Origin: Acidobacteriota bacterium
Lineage (GTDB): Bacteria; Acidobacteriota; UBA6911; RPQK01; JADFOI01
Assembly (NCBI GenBank): GCA_963663035.1
Contig: OY760074.1
Location: 2,656,001-2,720,000 of the forward strand
Direction: 5' to 3'
Length of the DNA stretch: 64,000 bases
A model generated the notes under the pieces. It had not been told where the DNA came from. It saw nothing but the letters and a program-made list of their open reading frames with translations, and ran no database searches. The position numbers were made by a program, and so were the translations under genes. This document shows positions 49,082 to 59,260 of this stretch, piece after piece (position 1 is the stretch's first letter; every line of letters begins with the position of its first letter).

Positions 49082-49625
49082 ATGCCAAACAGACCATCAA
49101 AATCAGATCAAAAAATCATCCCTGAAGTCTATTCAACAGCAGATCTACCTCATCCGCAGGCAAAAAGTCATGCTCGACAGGGATTTAGCTGAGCTCTACG
49201 GGGTTACCACTAAGGCTTTCAATCAAGCTGTAAAACGAAACCTCGAGCGGTTCCCGGGTGACTTTATGTTCCAACTTAATGAGGCCGAGCTTGAAAATTG
49301 GAGGTCACAAATTGTGACTTCCAATCCGTCCGCAAAGATGGGTCTCCGCCGGAGACCTTATGCCTTCACCGAACAAGGCGTAGCTATGCTTTCCAGCGTA
49401 CTTCACAGCAAACGCGCTGTCCAGGTCAATATCGCCATTATGCGCGCTTTTGTGAAACTCCGAGAACTCTTGGCAAGTCACAAAGATCTGGCACGAAAAC
49501 TTGACGCCCTAGAGAAGAAGTACGATGTCCACTTTCAAGTGGTCTTCGACGCGATCCGCAAGCTCATGGAACCAGAGGAACTACCACCAAGACAACAAAT
49601 AGGATTCAAAGCCAGAAAAGAGTAG
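49082..49625 (+). CDS. ORF6N-domain DNA-binding protein (5' frameshift near 49125; intact from ATG 49170)
   Basis: VMLDRDLAELYGV, NQAVKRNLERFPGDFMFQL, PYAFTEQGVAMLSSVL. Confidence 0.88.
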
Positions 49626-49847
49626 GCACTTCCCCACTCTTTTTCTTTTCTCCCCAGCAATGGCCTCAGAATCGCCGATTGGGAGCGGAGTCTAATCACC
49701 GGACAAGGTGGAGGAATTACCACTTAATCTGTGGTGGAAGGCAGCTGCAATTCAGCGGTGCTGTCATTATTGTTTACCCGTGGATTTTTTTGATGAATTG
49801 CGCTGGCTTGGAGTTGCCCCTCTCCGCAAGGGACGCCACATTCCTAC

Positions 49848-50078
49848 TTAGGCAACGCTTCGCTGATGACTAGCCAATGACTCGGGGATCCTACTGAGGG
49901 GGGCATTTTCCAACGGCCAAGGCTCGATCCACAGGTCCCCTACCTTGTGACCTGCAAAGAGTTTCTTTGCCATTTGGCGACACACTCCCTTGATTTCCCT
50001 CTGGGAGGCATTAGACGCCAGCGACAAAATCCGAATCTCTCCGTCGACATCGACCACAACTGCGTATTTTTTTGACAT
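49848..50078 (-). CDS. Small hypothetical protein
   Basis: AGGAG RBS, ATG start, 76 aa. Confidence 0.55.
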   Translation of the reverse strand: MSKKYAVVVDVDGEIRILSLASNASQREIKGVCRQMAKKLFAGHKVGDLWIEPWPLENAPLSRIPESLASHQRSVA

Positions 50079-50126
50079 ATTACTTCTCCTCGTCCATTTT
50101 GGTGAAATGCCATTAGCGAGGCAGCT

Positions 50127-50609
50127 CTAGCGCAAGAGTCTCTTTATGTCTTTAGCAAGCTGTTCGCACCTCTTGGCTAGTTCGGGAGTATCAGCATGGA
50201 CAACGGTCGGGTTGCTGAACCGTTGATAAAGCTTCAAAGAAGCATTAGCTAGCTCCGTAACTTTCTTGCGCAGTTCCTGGTCTCGCCGTTGCGCATCTTT
50301 TATCTTTTCCACTTCCCGGCGAACCTCTTCCGCTTGGGCAAGATTCATCTGCATGTTCACTGTTTCAATGATGCCATAGCGCTGTGCGACCTTATACCAA
50401 GGCACTTGTCCGTGGAATGGAGAGGGGATTTCCATACCTTGGCCCCGCAGCTTGGAAGTATTCTGGCCCAAAACGGCCACACTCATCCCCACAAAAAGCA
50501 GGAGCAGGGAAGCCACCAAAACCACTTTCTTTTCCATCTTCCGGTGAGCCTCTTCTTCTCGTTGAGATTGATAAAATATTTGCCACCTGGTTTGAGTTAA
50601 GTCTTCCAT
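50127..50609 (-). CDS. Hypothetical exported or anchored helical protein
   Basis: GGGAG RBS; hydrophobic segment then coiled-coil; follows a sigma54 promoter. Confidence 0.65.
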   Translation of the reverse strand: MEDLTQTRWQIFYQSQREEEAHRKMEKKVVLVASLLLLFVGMSVAVLGQNTSKLRGQGMEIPSPFHGQVPWYKVAQRYGIIETVNMQMNLAQAEEVRREVEKIKDAQRRDQELRKKVTELANASLKLYQRFSNPTVVHADTPELAKRCEQLAKDIKRLLR

Positions 50610-50641
50610 TAGTTACTCCCTTCAATTACGCCTCTCCTTCT

Positions 50642-50657
50642 TGCAACCTGCGTGCCA
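50642..50657 (-). promoter_or_regulatory. Sigma54 -24/-12 promoter
   Basis: Minus strand TGGCACGCAGGTTGCA, full match to TGGCAC-N5-TTGC. Confidence 0.8.
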
Positions 50658-51024
50658 AAGCGAGTGATCTGAGCTAACCTATTAATTAATAGATAGTTAA
50701 GGGTGTAAGGACCACCCAGTCGAGGACAACGAAATTTCCTAACACTTATAAAAATCCGTTGTTAAAGAACGAAATCTCGCTCATACTCACTGAATCACCG
50801 GGCGGAATTATAGACACTCTGAACTTCCGCATGCCCAGGCGCCTCAGGATCCAGGCCTCGACTCAATCGTTGAAGCTGGTGAATCCCAAGGGGAGGTATG
50901 GTCGGAGATTCGCGATCGTGTTACCTACCCAGAAATACCGGCTTAGTACCCACCGCTTGCAAAGATGGCATTCCGAGTGTCCTATGCAACCTTTCCAGGA
51001 AGCGTGATTGGGTGGAAAGCGTGA

Positions 51025-51216
51025 ATGGTCCTTTTTGAGTGCGTCTCTGGACTTTTTGTCCTGCTGACTCTGCGTCGACTAGAACAGCCAGTCGCCGCTG
51101 GTCTTTTGCTCTTTGGGTGGAACCCGCTGTTAATCAAATCCTTCGCAGGAAGCGGGCATTACGACGCCATTTTAGTACTGACCTTGCGTACAAGTCACGG
51201 AACTCAGCATACATGA
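51025..51216 (+). pseudogene. Fragment of a membrane glycosyltransferase (GT87-like)
   Basis: FGWNPLLIKSFAGSGHYDAILV. Confidence 0.5.
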
Positions 51217-51381
51217 TATCGAGGTGAAGGAAATCAAGGTATTAAAGCCGCGGAAAGAATCCTGAGTATACCAGGCTTTTGGGCTGGAGCGGAACCGGAA
51301 GAAGGCCCGGCAAACTGGAAAGGACAGTCCCCAGTTTTCCGGGCCCGACTTGGATGATGAGCGTACTTCGCTTGGATGGAT

Positions 51382-51948
51382 TTAGCTCTCCTCCCTGTCT
51401 TCTAGACGCAGGTTGTTGGTCACTGAGAAGACCCCTGAGACGCCCCTTGCCACAAGATAGGCCACGTCACTATCTGACTTCCGCAAAACAACGCCCTCGA
51501 GGGTCACATTCCCGTTCTTGACGATGATGTGGATATCGGATCGGTTCGGGAGCAGGCCGAAGGAAACCCCCGGTCGCACGTACTTCCTCAATAACGAATT
51601 GGAGAAGAGGGCCCGAGCCGTAGCCAGGCGAAGGTTGTCGTCGCGAAAGGAGGTCGGTAAGACTTCGATCTCGTTTTCGACGCTCGTGATGCCCTCAACC
51701 CTGCTCACGGTCCGCTCGGCGGACTTCTTCAGAGCCGGCCACCAGACTTCCCCGGAAAGGATGACCTTAGAACCATCCAGCTGGAAAGACAGGTTGTCGA
51801 ACATACTGTAGTACGGCAGAGTCACCAATTCAATGCGAATCTCGGGTACGACTGTAGAAGTATCTGTCGTCGAAGCGAATGCGACCGTGGATAATAGGAC
51901 CCAACCGATGACGAAACTTAATAACGATTTATAAATGTTGTTCCTCAT
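51382..51948 (-). CDS. Periplasmic dual-BON-domain protein
   Basis: Signal peptide; VILSGEV...VENEIEV; IHIIVKNGNVTLEGVV...VFSVTNNL. Confidence 0.88.
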   Translation of the reverse strand: MRNNIYKSLLSFVIGWVLLSTVAFASTTDTSTVVPEIRIELVTLPYYSMFDNLSFQLDGSKVILSGEVWWPALKKSAERTVSRVEGITSVENEIEVLPTSFRDDNLRLATARALFSNSLLRKYVRPGVSFGLLPNRSDIHIIVKNGNVTLEGVVLRKSDSDVAYLVARGVSGVFSVTNNLRLEDREES

Positions 51949-52614
51949 TTGATTTCTCCTTTTTTTGCTTGTTTCTTCCCTAACTTGTTTTTTCCCTAAG
52001 ATGCTTGGACAATTAGATAGATGTTTTATTGTTAAATTCTCATTACTGAATCCTCCTTGTTAGTGTCATATTGCGTGCGCCTTAGTACGCCCTCAGAATA
52101 ATGAGTACGACTGAGGCGAAAAATCATTACACTCCTTTGATCGATTGCTTTTACTATTCATGTTAGCCAGACAGGGGATGAACTCCAGGGTCTAGTCTCT
52201 TTCGGAGAGTAGCAGCCAGTCAGCCCAACACAAGGACAGAGCAACCAACCAGGAGGACGGTCATGAGCCACAAATCCGCGGGTTCCAAGACTGACCCAAG
52301 TCCAATTGATTTAGGATTCGGAGGGTTGTCAACCGTCACAGCGGCGACATGGGATGGGGAGTGACGAGCATGCCTTCGACGGAGGAACTGATGAAGTGGG
52401 AGCCGATGTACGATCTTCAGTTTGTCCCACGATTCTCGCTTATAGCCCTTTGCCAGTATGATCTGAGAGTCTTTGGGGGAGAAGTGGTCTTGGATGCACT
52501 CAAGACGCATCCGCTTTGCATTGTCAGCAAACTGATCAGCGAAAAGCCCTGGTCAACTCGAGGAGCTGTTGCTCCCCGAGCCGACCGCAAACTAGTGCTT
52601 TGACTAGAATTTGA

Positions 52615-53211
52615 CTAGAAGGTAAAGGTAAGACCGCCAGTCACTTCAAGCCAGGTTAGGGCTTCACCAAGAAGATTGGGAGCGGTGCGTCCCCGGATAT
52701 CACCTCTGAGTCCGAGCGGGCCCCAGAGTTGGGGAGTTTTCAGTCCACCACCATAGCTGAAAGTGAAAAACGTATCTCCGCTTTCAAAAACCGGCGTGGG
52801 GGCATTCAGAAATCCTGGTTCATCCTCATCAACACTGGCAGTAATGCCGCCAATTCCCACAATCAGGAAAGGCTTGAGCCCTTCACCTTCAAGATCGAAG
52901 CGGTAACTGCCACTTGCTTCCCAGAGGTAACCCCGGCTTTCCGGATCGCTTTCCTCGAATTCAAAGTGGTTGATATATCCAAAGTTCCCCTCAACCTCGA
53001 TGTTCTCGGTGGGGAAAAAGCTCGCTCTGATACCGAAGAGGCCTTCCTGCTTCAGGTCAAACGAGCCTGTGGCTGTGTTAATGCCGTCGTTGGGAGCGAG
53101 CAGGCCTCCAGCATAAGGATTGAGCTCCACGTGCTGAGCGGAGAGCCAAGAAGAAAAACCGAAGACCATCACCCAGCTTCCCAACAATCGAAGAATCTTT
53201 GTGGTTTGCAT
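52615..53211 (-). CDS. Eight-stranded outer-membrane beta-barrel protein
   Basis: Signal peptide, PFLIVGIGG, YGGGLK, LRGDIR, C-terminal GLTFTF. Confidence 0.85.
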   Translation of the reverse strand: MQTTKILRLLGSWVMVFGFSSWLSAQHVELNPYAGGLLAPNDGINTATGSFDLKQEGLFGIRASFFPTENIEVEGNFGYINHFEFEESDPESRGYLWEASGSYRFDLEGEGLKPFLIVGIGGITASVDEDEPGFLNAPTPVFESGDTFFTFSYGGGLKTPQLWGPLGLRGDIRGRTAPNLLGEALTWLEVTGGLTFTF

Positions 53212-53296
53212 AATTAAGTGCTCCTTTCTGAGTTTCTGAGTTTTTGGAAACTCTTTTCAGTTAATGGTTGTCATTCGCGCGCATTCGGGTATTAGA

Positions 53297-53312
53297 TGCA
53301 ACTTGTGTCCCA
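53297..53312 (-). promoter_or_regulatory. Probable sigma54 promoter of the OMP gene
   Basis: Minus strand TGGGACACAAGTTGCA; GG-N10-GC spacing, one mismatch to consensus. Confidence 0.6.
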
Positions 53313-53473
53313 CTACAGTGTTGGCTATCCAACACTTCCGTCCTCTTCACTGAGGTTCGCCGACTCTTCGGGGGGCTTGTGTTGGTCGTTGAACAGTGGA
53401 ATGTTAACCGAAGGTTATGGGTGAGAGTGCGGAGTTATTCTTGTTTAGACGAAGCGGCGTCTGGTATGGGCCA

Positions 53474-54514
53474 CTACTGAGGTCTCTTCAGCCCCAGCTT
53501 CTTGATTCGGGAGGCAAGAGTTGTCGGTTTTATAGCGAGGAGCTCAGCCGCTCCTTTGGGCCCGCGGATCCTCCACCCGGTCTGCCTCAGGGCAGCCAGG
53601 ATATTCTCGCACTCCTGACGCCTCATCTCAGCGTCCGGGACAACCTCCGGTTCTTGATTCCCGACCACAGGATAAGCCGGAGTGGAGAACTGTTCAGAAG
53701 GTTTTTCGCGATGTGAATCGAAGCGGAGGCGTCTGTTTCGTTCCACCTCTTGCAAAGTGAGGATTTCCTTTTCTTTCTGATCGACTTCCTTCTGATCGGG
53801 TGAGGTCAATGAAGGCAAGAAAAACTCGTCCTCTATTTCCAAAACTGGCCCTGTGGATAAAATCACACTCCGCTCGATTACATTTTCAAGTTCCCGGATA
53901 TTCCCTGGCCAGGGATAGGCCACAAGTCGCCTCATGGTTGCCTGACTGATCTTCTCGATCCGTTTACTCATCCTGCTGGTATACCTCTTCAGAAAATACT
54001 GGACGAGCATGGGGATGTCTTCTGCTCTCTCCTGTAAAGAGGGAATATGAATCGGAAAGACATTCAGGCGGTAATACAAGTCCGCCCTAAAAGAGTTTTC
54101 TGCGACGCTCTTTGCCAGGTCTCGGTTGGTAGCAGAAATCACCCGCGCATCCACCTTGATGGTCTGTGTGCCACCCACTCTTTCAAATTCCTGTTCTTGT
54201 AAGACTCTGAGAAGCTTTACCTGAATCTCTGGGGTGAGATCACCAATCTCATCCTGAAGAATGGTGCCTCGGTGGGCTAACTCGAAGCGGCCGATCTTCC
54301 TGGTGATCGCTCCCGTAAAAGCCCCCTTCTCGTGGCCAAATAACTCACTCTCGATGAGACCGGTAGGCAGTGCTGCGCAATTGATCTTGATCAGTGGCCT
54401 GTTCTTGCACTTGCTCAGATTGTGAATAGCTCGAGCGATGAGTTCCTTCCCCGTCCCCGTCTCTCCGCTGATCAAAATCGAAGAATCTGTGGGTGCCACC
54501 AACTCAACCCGCTT
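53474..54514 (-). pseudogene. Sigma54 enhancer-binding protein (FhlA/NifA-like), sensory N-terminus removed by IS6
   Basis: GETGTGKE, ESELFGHEKGAFTGA, FRADLYYRL, WPGNIRELEN, Fis HTH; starts at an IS6 end. Confidence 0.85.
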
Positions 54515-55008
54515 GGCACTGTCAAGTTAACGGAACCAAGCCTAGATTCTCCCCAGAATGAGAGGAGTCCCGCAATCTCTCAACAGACGTACGTCGCCTC
54601 TCTCCAATCGGAAAAAGCCCGGGCTCGAAGGAGTTGATGATAAACGGCCTTCAGATGATGCCGACCGACTCGGAAAAGGTTCTGAATGGGACCGTGAACT
54701 GAGAGAAAACGCTGAGACTGTGCCATTGATTTGAACCTTCGCATTTGCCGCTCTTGTTCACGAGTGTGTTGATGGGAGACTTCAGCCCGGTTGTTCTCGT
54801 ATTGTCCTGTTCGATGGACCACGGAAGGGAAGATGTCCCTATGAGCTGCCGGATAGCTTCGAAGCTTGTCCGTAACGAGTTTCCACGGAGGCTTCCCTTG
54901 ATGTTTCAACATCTTACGAAAGAGGCGCTTAGCGGCTTTCCGATCTCGTCGGCGAGTCACAAGGATATCGATCACGTCCCCATCCTGATCGACTGCTCGC
55001 CACAGGTA
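54515..55008 (-). mobile_element. IS6-family fragment (one IR and 3' half of transposase)
   Basis: GGCACTGTCAAG end at 54515; YLWRAVDQDGDVIDILV, TDKLRSY, NNRAEVSH. Confidence 0.85.
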
Positions 55009-55442
55009 GTGGCGCTCGGGTCGACCCGGCGCACCTTTTCGGTCTCGAGCTGGGCGATGCCGTCGTGATGCGCAACATCGGTGGGCGAGTCACCGACGAT
55101 CTCATCGAGCAGATCGCGATTCTCCACGCGTTGGCCGGGATCGTGGGGGAAGGTTCCCTCGAGGTGGCGATCGTCCATCACACCGATTGTGGGGCCAGCC
55201 GCTTCGCCAACCCTCAGGTTAGACAAAGGTTGGGCCAAGCCGCCGGGACCGGCGAGGCAGCGATCGAAAGGCTAGCCATCGCCGACCCGCAGTCTAGCGT
55301 GGCCGAGGACCTCGACCGGCTCCGAGCCGCACCGACTCTATCGGACGAGCTCGTCGTCGCTGGCTACGTCTATGACGTCACCGACGGGCAAGTCCGTGAA
55401 ACCTTCGCCCCGTCCTCCCTACGCGAAGGGACACGATCATGA
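55009..55442 (+). pseudogene. Beta-carbonic anhydrase, 5'-truncated
   Basis: RVDP...GDAVVMRNIGGRV, HHTDCG, GYVYDVTDG; first Cys ligand missing at the IS junction. Confidence 0.8.
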
Positions 55443-55644
55443 AGGCCAGGCCTCAGCGCGCCGCCGTGGTCGGCATTGCGCTTCAAAGTAGTGGGTTAGA
55501 CAACCTAGCCTTCACATCCACCCACTGTGGCCCCGGCTTTGCCATGGCATCTAAAAACCTTTCTGGTGCTCGCTTTCGGGATGTAACACCATTTACCGGG
55601 GGAAGTTTCCGCCAGAACTAGGCAAATAGGATAAGGAGGCTTCT

Positions 55645-56085
55645 ATGGCACAGGTCAAGGTCAGATCGGGTCCAATTTTATACACACAAGAGATTGAGTC
55701 GAATGGACACCGGTGGAGGGCGGACGAACCAAAACACCTGGGCGGCCGGGACCAAGGTCCCTCACCCTATCGGCTACTTCTTAGCGCACTCGGGGCATGC
55801 ACTGCAATAACCGTACAAATGTACGCAAAGCGAAAACAGTGGCCCCTAGAGTCAGTTGAGGTGCGACTTGACCATGAGAGGATACATGCTCAGGATTGTA
55901 GGGATTGTGAGACCAAGGAAGGGAAGATCTCTGAGATCAAGTTGCGGCTTTGTCTGAGAGGTCATCTAGACAAGGCACAGCGTCAGCGGCTTTTTGAGAT
56001 CGCAGGTAAGTGCCCGGTTAAGAGGACCCTTATTGGAGAGATCAAGGTGCGGGCTGAACTGGCAGACGTGGCCGCCAGCAGTTGA
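55645..56085 (+). CDS. OsmC/YhfA family protein
   Basis: ADEP...GPSPY...LGACT, IAGKCPV; AAGGAGG RBS. Confidence 0.9.
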   Translation: MAQVKVRSGPILYTQEIESNGHRWRADEPKHLGGRDQGPSPYRLLLSALGACTAITVQMYAKRKQWPLESVEVRLDHERIHAQDCRDCETKEGKISEIKLRLCLRGHLDKAQRQRLFEIAGKCPVKRTLIGEIKVRAELADVAASS

Positions 56086-56120
56086 TCAAACATTTCTGTT
56101 TTCCTGAAAAGGAGGAACAC

Positions 56121-56819
56121 ATGAAATTACTTTCAGTGAATGTTTCTATGCCCAAAGAGATCCAACACAACGGTAAAACGATCACGACGGGAATCTTCAA
56201 AGAGCCAGTAATGGGCCATGTCATGTTAAGGGCATTGAACCTGGATGGAGATGGGCAGGCCGATTTGGTGGGTCACGGCGGGACTTACAAGGCGGTCTAT
56301 GTTTACTCGATTGAGAACTATGACTATTGGAAACAAGAGTTGGGAAGAGAAGATTTCACGATGGGCCAATTTGGGGAAAACTTTACAGTTGAGGAAATGC
56401 TAGACGAGCAGATCAACGTTGGGGACGTCTTCCGTGTAGGTGGCGCGCTGGTCGAAGTGACCCAACCCCGGGTTCCTTGCTCCAAGCTTGGTCTAAAGAT
56501 GGGTTGGTCTAAATTTCCGAAGGTCTTTTTGCAGAGCTGCCGCGTCGGTTTTTACCTGCGTGTCCTGGAAGAAGGTGAGGTAGGTGCAGGAGATTTGATT
56601 GAACGGACGAAGACCGACCCCGAGCAAATGACGGTTCAGGAAGTTTGCCAGCTGCTCTACTTCGACCAAATGAAGCTTGAGGGGGCCAAGAAGGCGCTTC
56701 GAATTCAAGCGCTGTCGCCCGGATGGAGAGGATCGTTTGAAGAACGATTGACCCAAGCCGGAGTCCCGATCGAGTACAGCGAAGAACCTAGAGAGGGAGA
56801 AAAGTGCTGTGGGCCATGA
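56121..56819 (+). CDS. MOSC domain protein (YiiM-like) with 3-alpha domain
   Basis: GDGQADL..HGG..KAV, FGENFT, QPRVPC, GFYLRVLEEG; AAGGAGG RBS. Confidence 0.92.
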   Translation: MKLLSVNVSMPKEIQHNGKTITTGIFKEPVMGHVMLRALNLDGDGQADLVGHGGTYKAVYVYSIENYDYWKQELGREDFTMGQFGENFTVEEMLDEQINVGDVFRVGGALVEVTQPRVPCSKLGLKMGWSKFPKVFLQSCRVGFYLRVLEEGEVGAGDLIERTKTDPEQMTVQEVCQLLYFDQMKLEGAKKALRIQALSPGWRGSFEERLTQAGVPIEYSEEPREGEKCCGP

Positions 56820-57219
56820 GGCGGGAATCTTACGGTCCAGCCACTCCGTCAGCGCACGATGAAAGGGACAATCATGACGAATTCTTTTACTATTTCGCCT
56901 CACAGCAAGGAGTTTTCAGGGAATACTTGGCGTAAGGCCTGTGCGATTTCGTCCGGCGCATCTTCCCCCAGAAAGTGGCTCGCATGGCAACAGAACCGCT
57001 TGAGATCCTCCATGCCCCGTTCAACCGTTCGGAGGTCTTTCCGGGTCTGTTATCTATTTCTTCGCAGATTATCCCGCTCGAACGTTATGGATTATGGATA
57101 TCCTCCATATAGCATCGGGAAAAAGGCCGGCCCACAACTTTTGGGAGAAACGCCATGGGCAAACCGAGATTGCAGATTCAGAATTGAGGACAACTGCATT
57201 ACACAGTGAGGGGTAGTTC

Positions 57220-57252
57220 TATGGTCGGCAAGACCATTAGCCATTACAAGGT
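57220..57252 (+). pseudogene. First 11 codons of a Ser/Thr kinase gene
   Basis: MVGKTISHYKV, closely matching the start of the kinase at 26135; GAGGGG RBS. Confidence 0.6.
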
Positions 57253-57268
57253 TTTTCGTTCCACCTAG

Positions 57269-58907
57269 CCCGGATTATTCATAAATTCTGAAGAAGGGGT
57301 CTGATCGAGGGCACAAAAAGATGCCGTACCTCTTTGATATAAAAGGGGTTATGAAACAACTCCAAACCAAAAAGGTACGGCCCAGCGATGCATCAGTCTG
57401 CCAGATCAACTTGCCATCTCACCCTGACAGAAAAGTGGTGGCTCGATTCGATGGAGGCCGGCTCTCCTCCGATGCCGGGCTGCTGTGTCTGTACGCCCTG
57501 GATCAACAGCACGGACTGACGGCTGGCTTTGCCTCCTGCCTGAAGGACGCTCGAGATAGCCGCTACGTCCGCCACCAGATTCGCGAACTGCTCACCCAGC
57601 GCAGCTTTCAGATCGTGGCCGGCTATGAGGACTGCAACGATGCCGACAGCTTGCGCTCGGATCCCATCTTCAAGACCGTGTGTGATCGGCTGCCGGAAAG
57701 CGATCCGGATCTGGCTTCTCAACCCACGCTGTCGCGACTGGAGAACTCGGTGGACTCGAAGGATCTCACTCGCCTGGGACAGTGGCTGCTGGAGACCTAC
57801 TTGAAGCACCGCAAGAAGAGCCGGCCCGAGAAGATCATCCTGGACATCGACAGCACGGATGACGTCACGCATGGGCAGCAGGAGTTCAGCTTTTACCACG
57901 GCTATTATCGCGAGCACATGTATCATCCGCTGCTGCTATTCGATGGCGAGACGGGCGATCTGGTATGTGCGCTACTGCGGCCCGGCAACCAGGGGGCGGC
58001 CGCCCACGCGGTGGCGGTTCTCAAACGGGTGGTGGCCCGGATGCGCCAGGTTCTGGGATCCGATGTTCCGATCGAAGTGCGAGCCGACAGTGGCTTTGCG
58101 ACGCCGGCACTGTACGAGTTCTGTGAGGAGGAAAAACTGCAGTATGTGGTGGGCTTTGCCCGCAACTCCCGGCTGGCGGCCACCGTCGAGCCCTTGGTTG
58201 AGCAGGTGCAAGCAGACTATGACGACTCAGGAGAAAAGCAACGCCAGTTCACCGAGCTCGTCTATCAGGCCGACAGTTGGGACCGGGAGCGGCGCATGGT
58301 GGCCAAGGTGGAAGTGAGCGAGCGCGGGTTCAACCGTCGCTTTGTGGTCACCAACCGCCAGGATCTCACGGCCGGGCAGCTGTATGACCACTACATCGGA
58401 CGGGGCCAGTGCGAGAACTTCGTGAAAGCTTTCAAAAAAGATCTGGCCATGGATCGCTTGAGCTGCCACCGTTTCCTGGCCAACCAGTTCCGACTCTTCA
58501 TCCACGCCCTGGCCTATGTCTTAATCCTGCGCCTGCGGGATTACCTGTGCGGGACTCCCTGGCACAACCTGGAGATTGAGACGCTCCGCCGCCGCCTGTT
58601 CAAAATCGGTGCCCGGGTTCGGGAAACTTCTCGTCGCATCTGGGTGCACCTGGCATCGTCTTATCCCGAACAAAAGCTCTTCGCATTACTGATGCACCGT
58701 CTGTGTCCCACCTGACGGTCCCCTGACTCCCTGCGCCAACACAGATATACAGCCCCCTGCGGGCCGAGCTGTTTCCGGAAGGGGCTCTCGCTTCATCTCT
58801 ATTCGGCTCAACAAGCTTGGACGCCTTGTAATCGCACCTGAACACACTCTCAGCCCTGAACTTCCGCAGAAAATCGACACTCACCCCAAACTTATGAATA
58901 ATTGCGG
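57269..58907 (+). mobile_element. IS1380-family insertion sequence, 1639 bp, CTAG target duplication
   Basis: IRs CCCGGATTATTCATAA and CCGCAATTATTCATAA (reverse complement); ctag at 57265-57268 and 58908-58911. Confidence 0.92.
57321..58715 (+). CDS. IS1380 transposase
   Basis: FDGGRLSSDAG, SQPTLSRLEN, LDIDST, HGQQE, RADSGF, RGQCEN. Confidence 0.95.
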   Translation: MPYLFDIKGVMKQLQTKKVRPSDASVCQINLPSHPDRKVVARFDGGRLSSDAGLLCLYALDQQHGLTAGFASCLKDARDSRYVRHQIRELLTQRSFQIVAGYEDCNDADSLRSDPIFKTVCDRLPESDPDLASQPTLSRLENSVDSKDLTRLGQWLLETYLKHRKKSRPEKIILDIDSTDDVTHGQQEFSFYHGYYREHMYHPLLLFDGETGDLVCALLRPGNQGAAAHAVAVLKRVVARMRQVLGSDVPIEVRADSGFATPALYEFCEEEKLQYVVGFARNSRLAATVEPLVEQVQADYDDSGEKQRQFTELVYQADSWDRERRMVAKVEVSERGFNRRFVVTNRQDLTAGQLYDHYIGRGQCENFVKAFKKDLAMDRLSCHRFLANQFRLFIHALAYVLILRLRDYLCGTPWHNLEIETLRRRLFKIGARVRETSRRIWVHLASSYPEQKLFALLMHRLCPT

Positions 58908-59260
58908 CTAGGATCAGCATGCCGAGCGGATGGACCCAGAAGCCGAAAGAGCCGTAAAGAAGGTAGGCGAAAAAGGTGAAAAATAGCGCATTGGCCAGAA
59001 AGTGTCTGAGATCGGCATGAACGGCGATCGCCGTGAACAATCTCCAGTACTCCCCCTCCACCCGAACCTGGCGTGGAATCGCCGCCAGAAGCTGAAACCA
59101 TTCAGGTTCCCGCCAGCAGATCATGGAGAGAAACAAAAGCAGCATGACACTGATGACGGCAACCAGCAGGCTCTCGTCTCGCGGAGGCTCTGAGAGCATG
59201 GTCCTTTTGATGCGTACGCCTCCCATCCCCAGCACAGGCATGCGGAAATAGTATCAGCAC
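58908..59260 (-). pseudogene. Rhomboid protease internal fragment between IS1380 and IS6
   Basis: GEYWRLFTAIAVHADLRHFLAN. Confidence 0.78.

Noticed and set aside
56880-57110. Coding gene after the MOSC gene
   Set aside because: Only a short minus-strand remnant (SHFLGEDAPDEIAQAL) resembling a hydrolase C-terminus; too little to annotate
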